20,209 nucleotides of DNA from a virus (Duplodnaviria > Heunggongvirae > Uroviricota > Caudoviricetes), in the IMG/VR virus record IMGVR_UViG_2671181012_000014, positions 1 through 20,209 of that record; one strand, written 5' to 3'. Shown here piece after piece: positions 8,746-17,123 of this stretch. Position 1 is the first letter of the stretch. The number at the start of each line of letters is the position of its first letter. Both the position numbers and the translations under genes were made by a program. The notes under the pieces are model-generated. The model was not told the origin of the DNA and did no database searches. It was given only the letters and a program-made list of their open reading frames with translations.

Positions 8746-9600
8746 TTAGCAGTTCGTCATCAGGGCGTCACCGCCACCGCCGGTGGCTTTACTGCGGCGC
8801 TGCTGGGTCAGACTTTCGGTGTGGTCGAGACTGTTTTTCAGGCGGGTGAATGCCTGACTGGTTTCATCCGCCCTGTCAGCCACATCCTGCTTAAGTGCGG
8901 AAAAGGCGGTTTCCATCTCAGCGAGGCGCTGCTCAGTGGCGCTCAGTTTTTCCTGCACATGTTCAGCAACAGCGGTCACCGCTTCATGCACGTCATTCAG
9001 ACGGGCGTCATCGCTGGCCTGTTTGCGGCCAAAAATGGACTTCACCTTTTCGGTCAGGGCGGTGAACACGGTTTCAGGCAGGTCTTCAAATTCCAGCTCA
9101 ACGGGCGTTGCCACTGAAATCAGGTTTTCAGGGCTTAATTTGAAGCGGTTCAGGGGGTTGTGTTTTGCCGTGCGGCAGAATTCCAGGTATTCCGTGCCGA
9201 GGCTTGCCGGGTCATCGGTGACGGCCAGCCCCACCAGATAACACTTGCCGGTGTTGGCAAAGTTCGGCTGAATTTCCATTGAGGTATAGACCTTCTGCGC
9301 GGCCTTGTTCATCGCGATAAGGTCATCGGTCGGGGTGATTTTCGCAAACAACGCCCATTTGCCTTTCAGCGCCGAATCGTCGTCAATCTTTTCGGCCTTC
9401 AGTTCGGCCACATCGCCATAACGTTTAAAAATACCGTCAGGCAGGATGCCGCGCAGATGTTCCAGGTTAATGCGGCAACCATAGACACGCGGGTCAAAGG
9501 TTTCGGCCATTTCCTGAATATCCTGCGCACTGATGACACGCCCGTCACAGGTGTCACCCTCAACGCCGATACGAAAGAATTTTGAGACTTTTTTTGCCAT
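8746..9600 (-). CDS. O: Capsid scaffolding protein gpO
   Basis: ATG at 9600 gives 284-aa MAKKVSKFFRIGVEGDTCDGRVISAQDIQEMAETFDPRVYG..., matching P2 gpO size. The ORF-track start at 9666 is an upstream extension into the promoter region. Confidence 0.8.
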   Translation of the reverse strand: MAKKVSKFFRIGVEGDTCDGRVISAQDIQEMAETFDPRVYGCRINLEHLRGILPDGIFKRYGDVAELKAEKIDDDSALKGKWALFAKITPTDDLIAMNKAAQKVYTSMEIQPNFANTGKCYLVGLAVTDDPASLGTEYLEFCRTAKHNPLNRFKLSPENLISVATPVELEFEDLPETVFTALTEKVKSIFGRKQASDDARLNDVHEAVTAVAEHVQEKLSATEQRLAEMETAFSALKQDVADRADETSQAFTRLKNSLDHTESLTQQRRSKATGGGGDALMTNC

Positions 9601-9773
9601 TGTCAGGAGTCCTGAATAGTGATTAGAGGAGTCACATGTCGGCATCAGTTTCCCGACGATGCGCATCCTCCGCCATCAGTCCCGGATGGCTTATCACTGA
9701 CACAACAGCACCTTAGCGAATCGCGGGACGCGACTCAGTAGCCTTGCCGTGTATTCATCACGGCGAGGTATTC
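9601..9773. promoter_or_regulatory. Divergent late promoter region (P_O leftward for O-N-M-L, P_P rightward for P-Q)
   Basis: 173-bp non-coding spacer between divergently oriented O and P, as in P2 where Ogr-dependent late promoters sit here. Contains a partial dyad GTCGG-N10-CCGAC (9638-9657) and an ACAACA element (9702-9707). The textbook TGT-N12-ACA motif was not found exactly. Confidence 0.5.
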
Positions 9774-11546
9774 ATGACCATCACCACAGACACCACTCTT
9801 TTACACGACCCGCGTCGTCAGGCGGCGCTGCTGTACTGGCAAGGGTTTTCCGTGCCGCAGATTGCCGCCATGTTGCAGATGAAACGCCCGACGGTGCAGA
9901 GCTGGAAACAGCGCGACGGCTGGGACAGCGTTGCCCCCATCAGCCGTGTCGAAATGAGTCTGGAAGCGCGGCTGACCCAGCTCATCATCAAACCGCAGAA
10001 AACCGGCGGTGACTTCAAGGAAATTGACCTTCTGGGACGCCAGATTGAACGACTGGCACGGGTCAACCGTTACAGTCAGACCGGCAACGAGGCAGACCTT
10101 AATCCGAACGTCGCTAACCGCAACAAAGGCGGGCGGCGCAAACCGAAAAAGAATTTTTTCAGTGACGAGGCCATCGAAAAGCTGGAGCAGATTTTCTTTG
10201 AGCAGTCTTTCGACTACCAGTTGCACTGGTATCGCGCCGGGCTTGAGCACCGCATCCGCGATATCCTGAAATCCCGCCAGATTGGCGCAACGTTTTATTT
10301 TTCCCGCGAGGCGCTGCTGCGCGCCCTGAAAACCGGTCATAACCAGATTTTTCTGTCAGCCAGTAAAACGCAGGCGTATGTGTTCCGCGAATACATCATC
10401 GCCTTTGCCCGTCTGGTTGACGTTGACCTGACCGGTGACCCGATTGTCCTGGGCAATAACGGCGCAAAACTGATTTTTCTCGGCACCAACTCCAACACCG
10501 CACAAAGTCATAACGGCGACCTGTACGTCGACGAGATTTTCTGGATCCCGAATTTTCAGGTACTGCGAAAGGTGGCATCAGGTATGGCCTCACAGAGTCA
10601 CCTGCGCTCGACCTATTTCTCCACCCCGTCCACGCTGGCGCACGACGCCTATCCGTTCTGGTCCGGTGAACTGTTTAACCGGGGACGCGCCAGCGCCGCC
10701 GAACGCGTGGAAATCGACGTCAGTCATAACGCACTTGCCGGAGGTCTTCTCTGTGCGGACGGCCAGTGGCGGCAGATTGTCACCATTGATGACGCGCTGA
10801 AAGGCGGCTGCACGCTGTTCGACATTGAGCAGCTCAAACGTGAAAACAGCGCCGACGATTTTAAAAACCTGTTCATGTGTGAATTTGTTGACGACAAGGC
10901 GTCGGTGTTCCCGTTCGAGGAGCTGCAACGCTGCATGGTCGACACGCTGGAAGAATGGGAAGACTATGCACCCTTTGCCGCCAATCCGTTCGGCTCCCGC
11001 CCGGTATGGATTGGTTACGACCCGTCACACCGTGGCGACAGTGCCGGATGCGTGGTACTGGCACCGCCGGTGGTGGCCGGTGGCAAATTCAGAATACTTG
11101 AGCGTCACCAGTGGAAAGGCATGGACTTTGCCACCCAGGCTGAATCCATCCGCGAACTCACCGAAAAATACAACGTCGAATACATCGGTATTGATGCCAC
11201 CGGCCTCGGTGTCGGCGTGTTCCAGCTCGTGCGCTCGTTCTATCCCGCCGCGCGCGACATCCGCTACACGCCGGAAATGAAAACCGCAATGGTGCTCAAG
11301 GCAAAAGACGTCATCCGCCGTGGCTGTCTGGAATATGACGTCAGCGCCACCGACATCACCAGCTCGTTTATGGCTATCCGCAAGACCATGACCAGCAGCG
11401 GACGCAGTGCCACCTATGAGGCCAGCCGCAGCGAGGAAGCCAGCCACGCCGACCTCGCCTGGGCGACCATGCATGCCCTGTTAAATGAGCCACTCACCGC
11501 CGGTATCAGCACCCCGCTGACATCCACCATTCTGGAGTTTTACTGA
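9774..11546 (+). CDS. P: Terminase large (ATPase) subunit gpP
   Basis: ATG at 9774 preceded by GAGGT; 590-aa MTITTDTTLLHDPRRQAALLYWQGFSVPQIAAMLQ..., size of P2 gpP. The ORF-track start at 9744 is a TTG extension. Confidence 0.85.
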   Translation: MTITTDTTLLHDPRRQAALLYWQGFSVPQIAAMLQMKRPTVQSWKQRDGWDSVAPISRVEMSLEARLTQLIIKPQKTGGDFKEIDLLGRQIERLARVNRYSQTGNEADLNPNVANRNKGGRRKPKKNFFSDEAIEKLEQIFFEQSFDYQLHWYRAGLEHRIRDILKSRQIGATFYFSREALLRALKTGHNQIFLSASKTQAYVFREYIIAFARLVDVDLTGDPIVLGNNGAKLIFLGTNSNTAQSHNGDLYVDEIFWIPNFQVLRKVASGMASQSHLRSTYFSTPSTLAHDAYPFWSGELFNRGRASAAERVEIDVSHNALAGGLLCADGQWRQIVTIDDALKGGCTLFDIEQLKRENSADDFKNLFMCEFVDDKASVFPFEELQRCMVDTLEEWEDYAPFAANPFGSRPVWIGYDPSHRGDSAGCVVLAPPVVAGGKFRILERHQWKGMDFATQAESIRELTEKYNVEYIGIDATGLGVGVFQLVRSFYPAARDIRYTPEMKTAMVLKAKDVIRRGCLEYDVSATDITSSFMAIRKTMTSSGRSATYEASRSEEASHADLAWATMHALLNEPLTAGISTPLTSTILEFY

Positions 11547-12580
11547 TGAGCAAGAAAAAAGGGAAAACACCGCAACCTGCGGCAAAAACAATGACCGCCA
11601 GCACCCCGAAAATGGAAGCATTCACCTTTGGCGAGCCGGTGCCGGTACTCGACCGCCGTGACATTCTGGATTACGTTGAGTGCATCAGTAACGGCAGATG
11701 GTATGAGCCACCGGTCAGCTTTACCGGGCTGGCAAAAAGCCTGCGTGCTGCCGTGCATCACAGCTCCCCGATTTACGTCAAACGTAATATTCTGGCTTCA
11801 ACATTTATCCCGCATCCGTGGCTTTCCCAGCAGGATTTCAGCCGCTTTGTGCTGGATTTTCTGGTGTTCGGTAATGCGTTTCTGGAAAAGCGTTACAGCA
11901 CCACCGGTAAGGTCATCAGACTGGAAACCTCACCGGCAAAATATACCCGCCGTGGTGTGGAAGAGGATATTTACTGGTGGGTGCCGTCCTTCAACGAGCC
12001 GACAGCCTTCGCGCCCGGCTCCGTGTTTCACCTGCTGGAGCCGGATATTAATCAGGAGCTGTACGGCCTGCCGGAATATCTCAGCGCCCTTAACTCTGCC
12101 TGGCTGAATGAGTCGGCCACGCTGTTCCGCCGCAAGTATTACGAAAATGGCGCACATGCCGGATACATCATGTACGTCACCGATGCCGTGCAGGATCGCA
12201 ACGATATCGAAATGCTCCGCGAAAACATGGTGAAGTCGAAAGGCCGCAATAACTTTAAAAATCTGTTTCTCTATGCCCCACAGGGGAAAGCCGACGGCAT
12301 TAAAATTATCCCGCTCAGTGAAGTGGCGACGAAGGACGATTTTTTTAATATCAAAAAAGCCAGCGCCGCTGACCTGCTGGACGCGCACCGCATCCCCTTT
12401 CAGTTGATGGGTGGCAAGCCGGAGAACGTCGGGTCACTGGGAGATATTGAAAAAGTGGCAAAGGTCTTTGTCCGCAATGAGCTTATCCCGTTACAGGACA
12501 GGATTCGGGAAATAAACGGCTGGCTCGGTCAGGAGGTCATCCGCTTTAAAAACTACTCACTGGACACTGACAACGGCTGA
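11546..12580 (+). CDS. Q: Portal protein gpQ
   Basis: 344-aa ORF (MSKKKGKTPQPAAKTMTAS...), size of P2 gpQ; TGATG overlap with P stop; last gene before cos. Confidence 0.85.
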   Translation: MSKKKGKTPQPAAKTMTASTPKMEAFTFGEPVPVLDRRDILDYVECISNGRWYEPPVSFTGLAKSLRAAVHHSSPIYVKRNILASTFIPHPWLSQQDFSRFVLDFLVFGNAFLEKRYSTTGKVIRLETSPAKYTRRGVEEDIYWWVPSFNEPTAFAPGSVFHLLEPDINQELYGLPEYLSALNSAWLNESATLFRRKYYENGAHAGYIMYVTDAVQDRNDIEMLRENMVKSKGRNNFKNLFLYAPQGKADGIKIIPLSEVATKDDFFNIKKASAADLLDAHRIPFQLMGGKPENVGSLGDIEKVAKVFVRNELIPLQDRIREINGWLGQEVIRFKNYSLDTDNG

Positions 12581-12585
12581 ACATC

Positions 12586-12607
12586 GCCGCCTGCGGGCGG
12601 CTTTTTT
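12586..12607 (+). terminator. Rho-independent terminator downstream of Q
   Basis: GCCGCC (12586-12591) / GGCGGC (12596-12601) 6-bp GC stem with tgcg loop, followed by TTTTTT (12602-12607), 6 nt after the Q stop codon. Confidence 0.75.
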
Positions 12608-12749
12608 ACAACCCGCCATCACGCCCTCACACGCTCACCACCGCACAAAACAGCCCGCAGACACACCAACGCCCCGGCTAACAATCTAAACGCCATCACG
12701 ACGCGCTCAGACGCTGAAAAAATAAAATCAGCACCACCGCCAGCGCGCA

Positions 12750-12768
12750 GTGCTTTCTCCGCCTCGCC
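12750..12768. other. cos site (19-nt cohesive-end sequence of P2-type phages), internal to the prophage
   Basis: Minus-strand sequence GGCGAGGCGGAGAAAGCAC (revcomp of 12750-12768) differs at one position from the P2 cohesive end GGCGAGGCGGGGAAAGCAC as I recall it; located immediately beyond portal gene Q as in P2. Confidence 0.7.
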
Positions 12769-12907
12769 CGCCCGCTTCATGGGGCGCTTTTGATGCAATT
12801 GCATGATAGTTCTGGTAGCGTGCCCCTCTGACACCGCAGAATCATAAAGGTCTATTTTGACGCATGCAAAACCATGCACCTAATGTATGCATAGCATCTC
12901 TTACATA

Positions 12908-13633
12908 TTATGAGACTAATTTGCACAGCCTAGCTATCGATGGGCAGTGTACTTCGAGTGGTTTAATTTCCACATGTTCAATTGTTTCCCAAAGAAATCT
13001 GAACTCTTTTTGATCTGAATAAATATCCTTAGGTTTAACAAAACCTATTGGTCCTGGAATAGGCTCAAGTCCTGTAAACTCTCGTTTATCATAAATCACT
13101 GCGCCCATTTTCGCGCTTTTCAGTCGGATAATTTTATTGAGCGCTTCTGTAACCTCCTCAAAGAAAATACTTGGATAGGCTATCTCTACACAGTAGTTCC
13201 CGAAGGTACTATTCAATTTGGAAGGATTAAATTCTTTTGTAGTACATAATACAAATGCATCCTTAATTGAGTAAAAGCTTTTGCCCTGACCAATGCTTAC
13301 GTTAGAGCACCCTTCACCAATCCCGATCCCAAGACGTGAACACATTTCTACGAAACCAGCATCTGAACTGCCACCACTTATGTTATCAACACTGTAAGAG
13401 TGCATGGCTTCACCTCTATCACCTTGTAGAGGGTCTTCATATGCTCGGCACGTTTCAAGAGTGCTCAACCATACTTTTCCGTCACATAATGCCTCTGCGT
13501 GTATTTTTTCCTTGAAGAATCTATAAACCGGTCTAATAGGTTCATCTTTAGTGAGTATTTTAGAATTCATTTTTATATTTACTTTCGGAAAAGTTTCTTT
13601 TCGTTCTTTTTTTAGACGGCTTTTTCGTCCCAT
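12908..13633 (-). CDS. Hypothetical protein, low-GC cargo gene in the cos-proximal hotspot (position of tin/old in P2); candidate anti-phage defence or superinfection-exclusion gene
   Basis: Only long ORF in a ~37% GC island flanked by ~55-60% GC phage genes. Stop fixed at 12908-12910; start ambiguous: ATG at 13633 (241 aa, MGRKSRLKKERKETF...) or 13570 (220 aa, MNSKILTKDEP...); the ORF-track GTG at 13774 lacks an RBS. No motif I can assign to a known family. Confidence 0.6.
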   Translation of the reverse strand: MGRKSRLKKERKETFPKVNIKMNSKILTKDEPIRPVYRFFKEKIHAEALCDGKVWLSTLETCRAYEDPLQGDRGEAMHSYSVDNISGGSSDAGFVEMCSRLGIGIGEGCSNVSIGQGKSFYSIKDAFVLCTTKEFNPSKLNSTFGNYCVEIAYPSIFFEEVTEALNKIIRLKSAKMGAVIYDKREFTGLEPIPGPIGFVKPKDIYSDQKEFRFLWETIEHVEIKPLEVHCPSIARLCKLVS

Positions 13634-13789
13634 GCTTTCAGTCTCGTACTTGCAGAAAATTTGGTAACCCGTACCGTAAAATACCTGTAAACAAGCAAAT
13701 AGCACAACATACAAAAGGTTTTTAACTTCTAGAAATATAGGCCAACAATCAAACATTAACGTATAAATACGCACACCATTTGGTTAAAT

Positions 13790-16048
13790 TCACGACCATC
13801 CATCATCAGTCGGAAAGTTAAATTTTTTACTATCATAAATTATGGTTGTTCCACGCGCCAGTACGTCGAGTTCCCATCGTTCAGGTGTAACCCCAGCCTG
13901 CATTAAATCTAATCGAATTTTCTTTATACGATCTCTTTCATATTTACTCATTCTGGCTGATGGCGCTTGCTCGCTGGTTTTGAGCGGCGCATTGCTTCTT
14001 TGCTGCCGATGTTTGCGCGTTGCGCCAGCTTTTAACGCCCCGTTAAGCACCTTCACGACGTCCGGCTCATTCCAGCCAATAACCCCGCGCTCAATCAGCT
14101 TTAACACCGCTGCGGCTTGCTCTGAAGGTGTGGGAGCCGGTAACGAAGTATCACTGCTGGCAGGCTTTCCACAGTTATTGACAGGACTCCGAGGCGCGGC
14201 GATGCCGCTTTTTAAAGTCAAAGGCTCCACGACCGGAACTTTCGGCACAATGCGCCAGTCCGTCGTTCTGGTGATATGAATATGACGCGCGCCGAGATGC
14301 GGCGCGTAAATGCCGACCACTCTCTCGACTTCTTCCTCGTACTCGTTAACGTCATCCGACGGGCTACGGGCGACTCTGACAGTCTGGCAATCGCGCGGAA
14401 CATTTGCCCCACCCTGCGCACTGATATACAACGCAAAATCGCCACTGTCTGCGGCAGCGCGTGCAGCCTCGACGCGTTCGTCAAACTCATCAGCAATGCT
14501 GACGCCGCGAGGCAATTTGCGTAGTTCACGGTAAGCCCCCATTGTCGGCAGACCAACCGTTTTAAATTGCGGGATGCGCCACGTTGACGCCCATGCAGTA
14601 ACAGCCGCGGCAGTATCTTTCAGAGGTCTGCCGGTATCGTTATCGAGCTGACCATCCAGTGCATAGCCGTCGATGTTTTTTGAGATGTATTTCGCGATAT
14701 ACCCCGCAGCACCGCCCCGATTAAGGTGTTTTGCCTGAAAACGGTTTCGCGCGGCTCCTCTTTCGTCGCCATCCTCTTTGAGCGCATAGCGACGCATGAT
14801 TTCAATAATCTGGTTACGCTGGCGTGGATTACAAAAAAGCATCATATGCCAGTGCGGCGTTCCGTCGTGGTGTGGTTCAACAACACGCAAACCGTAGACC
14901 TGTAAATCATTATCCTTGAATGCCGTGCGCATCAGGCTCCAGATACGGCAGAGATAACGCTGCGCATCCTTTGGATTAAATGCCTCATCGTTCCAGCCGT
15001 GATTAAGCTGCACGGTTTTACTTTCGCCTTTTCCGACCTGACGTGTCGGGTGATACTTTGACGGCGCGGTCAGCGTGATAAACATCCCCACATCACCCTC
15101 TGCAGCGGCGTAACGCTCAATACCGGCAATGGTGTTCATCAGCTCCATCCGGCGAATTTCAGGATTAGAAATACTGCCCATCACCTTACTGATAAGGTCG
15201 ATGCGCTCGCCGGTTTCCCTGTTTTCAAGGTCACACGATTTAAGAAATTCCAGATTTGCCTGGCGGCGTGCACGCACATCACGAATGGCATGTTTACTGG
15301 CATAAGGAGAACGGTCTTTATTGACTTCCCCGACAGCTATCAGTAACGCCTCATGCCAGCGCATACGCTGGCCTTTAAGCTGATGAGTCCACCACTCATC
15401 GTTAAACAGGCGGGCAATGGCAGAATATGCCTGCCTCGTGGTCATCTGCCCTTTACGGTATTTTTTCCAGTAAAGCGGGGAAATATTGAAAGCACGTGCA
15501 GCGCCAGCAACATGACCATACAGATGCGCCTGCGCCTCATCCGTAAACAGCGATTCTTTTTCGCCATGCGCATCCACCCAGGCATCGCAGAGTTCCTCAT
15601 ACATCATGAAAAGCTGCGATGAGATACGGGCGGCAAACTTTTTCAGCTCCTTGTCATTCATCCCCGGCAGACGCGCATAATGGTCACGCTCTGCCAGAAA
15701 CAGCAACGACGCGTCGGTGTTCATTTCATGGCGCTGATTCACACGCTCAATGCGCGGCCATAAACGACGCTGAAAAGTGGATGTGAGGAAATAAAACCCG
15801 TGTACCGGGCTTTTATTGCGCCGGATGTAGTCATAGCGTGAAGTAAACAGCGAGCGCAAAAAGTAAGGCAGGCGGTTAATCGTGGATAAAACACCTTGCA
15901 CCTGACGCATCTCGTCACGTGTAAGGGGTCTTTCGCGCCCGACAGCCTCGCGTGGCGCGTTCCATGCATAAGCACCGGTAAACGCCTTACCGGTGCCTGC
16001 GGCAAATGCTGACGGAGGGACAAAACGCCCGGAGGCTTTAACGGCCAT
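13790..16048 (-). CDS. A: Replication initiation protein gpA (rolling-circle initiator/nickase)
   Basis: First ATG at 16048 gives MAVKASGRFVPPSAFAAGTGK..., ~752 aa, size and position of P2 gpA. The ORF-track start at 16090 is a TTG extension. Confidence 0.85.
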   Translation of the reverse strand: MAVKASGRFVPPSAFAAGTGKAFTGAYAWNAPREAVGRERPLTRDEMRQVQGVLSTINRLPYFLRSLFTSRYDYIRRNKSPVHGFYFLTSTFQRRLWPRIERVNQRHEMNTDASLLFLAERDHYARLPGMNDKELKKFAARISSQLFMMYEELCDAWVDAHGEKESLFTDEAQAHLYGHVAGAARAFNISPLYWKKYRKGQMTTRQAYSAIARLFNDEWWTHQLKGQRMRWHEALLIAVGEVNKDRSPYASKHAIRDVRARRQANLEFLKSCDLENRETGERIDLISKVMGSISNPEIRRMELMNTIAGIERYAAAEGDVGMFITLTAPSKYHPTRQVGKGESKTVQLNHGWNDEAFNPKDAQRYLCRIWSLMRTAFKDNDLQVYGLRVVEPHHDGTPHWHMMLFCNPRQRNQIIEIMRRYALKEDGDERGAARNRFQAKHLNRGGAAGYIAKYISKNIDGYALDGQLDNDTGRPLKDTAAAVTAWASTWRIPQFKTVGLPTMGAYRELRKLPRGVSIADEFDERVEAARAAADSGDFALYISAQGGANVPRDCQTVRVARSPSDDVNEYEEEVERVVGIYAPHLGARHIHITRTTDWRIVPKVPVVEPLTLKSGIAAPRSPVNNCGKPASSDTSLPAPTPSEQAAAVLKLIERGVIGWNEPDVVKVLNGALKAGATRKHRQQRSNAPLKTSEQAPSARMSKYERDRIKKIRLDLMQAGVTPERWELDVLARGTTIIYDSKKFNFPTDDGWS

Positions 16049-16313
16049 ATGAGCCAAAAGCCTCTGAACAACGCTTGCTGAGTTGCTCAACCTGCGCGTT
16101 TAAATCAGCAAAAGACTTTGCGCTTCCGGTCAGAATATCGTGATGCATCAGGCCGGAAACGAGCTGGCTTAATTTCGGGTAATAACCAATCACCGACAGC
16201 CATTCCTGACCGGCGTTTTTACCGCTTTCCGCTCTCTTTTTCTCGTGGAGAATAAACTGAAAGCTGTCACTGGTAACGACATAACGTTCGCCAATTTCGA
16301 TACGAATACTCAT
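16038..16313 (-). CDS. Small hypothetical phage protein (P2 orf83-like, by position)
   Basis: 91-aa ORF immediately upstream of A with overlapping stop/start; ~55% GC; the assignment rests on synteny with P2 orf80-83 only. Confidence 0.55.
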   Translation of the reverse strand: MSIRIEIGERYVVTSDSFQFILHEKKRAESGKNAGQEWLSVIGYYPKLSQLVSGLMHHDILTGSAKSFADLNAQVEQLSKRCSEAFGSYGR

Positions 16314-16534
16314 GCCATTCTCCGGTAATGCTTGTTTTTTGCTTCAAAGACTGACTGGCAGGAAACACAACGCGTGGCTGACGGATAAGCCGCACGACGG
16401 GCAGCAGGTATTGGCGCGTCACACTCTTCGCAAACCAGCGAAGAAACACCGCAATGCTTTACCCTTGCCGCGTTAATCTGGCGCTCCAGTAATTCAGCCT
16501 GTTGTTCCTGAATAAAATCTACGTTGTCCGGCAT
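16310..16534 (-). CDS. TraR/DksA-family C4 zinc-finger protein (P2 orf82-like)
   Basis: 74-aa ORF with four cysteines arranged C-x8-C-x2-C ... C-x2-C (HCGVSSLVCEEC ... RCVSCQ) near the C-terminus, the TraR/DksA-type zinc-finger pattern; position between B and A. Confidence 0.65.
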   Translation of the reverse strand: MPDNVDFIQEQQAELLERQINAARVKHCGVSSLVCEECDAPIPAARRAAYPSATRCVSCQSVFEAKNKHYRRMA

Positions 16535-16836
16535 TACCAGCTCCTTTTGTCGTTAAGTTTTTTAAATTCATCAGCGCAATAGCTGGCAATTTCTGTCGTT
16601 AATTTCGTCAGTTCATCCACGGAGGAGATTTGCTTGTGAAATACAGCGCGTTTAACAAGTAAATTGACCACATCAGACAGGAGATTTAATTCGTTCTGAT
16701 AAATCGCGATAACAGACTCAGTTATTTCGCGTTTTTCTTTATCAAGACCAAGTTGAATAAGAGATAAATCGCCATTTTTCATAACGGCGATTTTTAAGGC
16801 GTTATTCAGTAATACAACTGAACGAGAACAGGACAT
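16534..16836 (-). CDS. Small hypothetical protein, lower-GC (P2 orf81 position)
   Basis: First ATG at 16836 gives a 100-aa ORF ([26 protein letters not shown]...), with TGATG overlap to the upstream ORF. Local GC is ~40%, below its neighbours. Confidence 0.5.
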   Translation of the reverse strand: MSCSRSVVLLNNALKIAVMKNGDLSLIQLGLDKEKREITESVIAIYQNELNLLSDVVNLLVKRAVFHKQISSVDELTKLTTEIASYCADEFKKLNDKRSW

Positions 16837-17060
16837 CAAAGCACCTCCCCGCGAGACAATCCGATATTATGAAATTTTTCCGACTCCTGACTGAGCAGCT
16901 CGACTATCTCCACGCGGGATAACTCCGCCTTTGTGATGTGGCGAATCATGGCGTCAAGATGAGAAGAAAAGCGCGTCGCAGCGTCGGCCTGTGCTTCGGT
17001 TCTGGCCTGTTGCAGCAGTAATGCGTATTTACCGCACTGATTTTCAGAAACTGTATGCAT
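16836..17060 (-). CDS. Small hypothetical phage protein (P2 orf80-like, by position)
   Basis: 74-aa ORF with GGAGA Shine-Dalgarno 7 nt upstream of the ATG at 17060. Confidence 0.5.
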   Translation of the reverse strand: MHTVSENQCGKYALLLQQARTEAQADAATRFSSHLDAMIRHITKAELSRVEIVELLSQESEKFHNIGLSRGEVL

Positions 17061-17123
17061 GACTTTCTCCAGGCAAAAAGAAGCCCCGCACGATTAAGTG
17101 CGTTAAAAACTCTGGTTAATTAT

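Noticed and set aside
9801-10340. 179-aa - strand ORF antisense to terminase gene P
   Set aside because: Shadow ORF inside a conserved terminase gene; no independent support.
12619-12879. 86-aa ORF on the - strand spanning the Q terminator and cos site
   Set aside because: It lies across the cos cohesive-end sequence and the intrinsic terminator, has no recognisable RBS, and is absent from P2 annotations as I recall them; most likely a chance ORF in GC-rich non-coding DNA.
13634-13774. Upstream extension of the cargo ORF to GTG at 13774 (288 aa) or ATG at 13756
   Set aside because: No Shine-Dalgarno upstream of either codon, and the extension translates AT-rich promoter-like sequence into an implausibly hydrophobic leader; kept only as an alternative to be tested.
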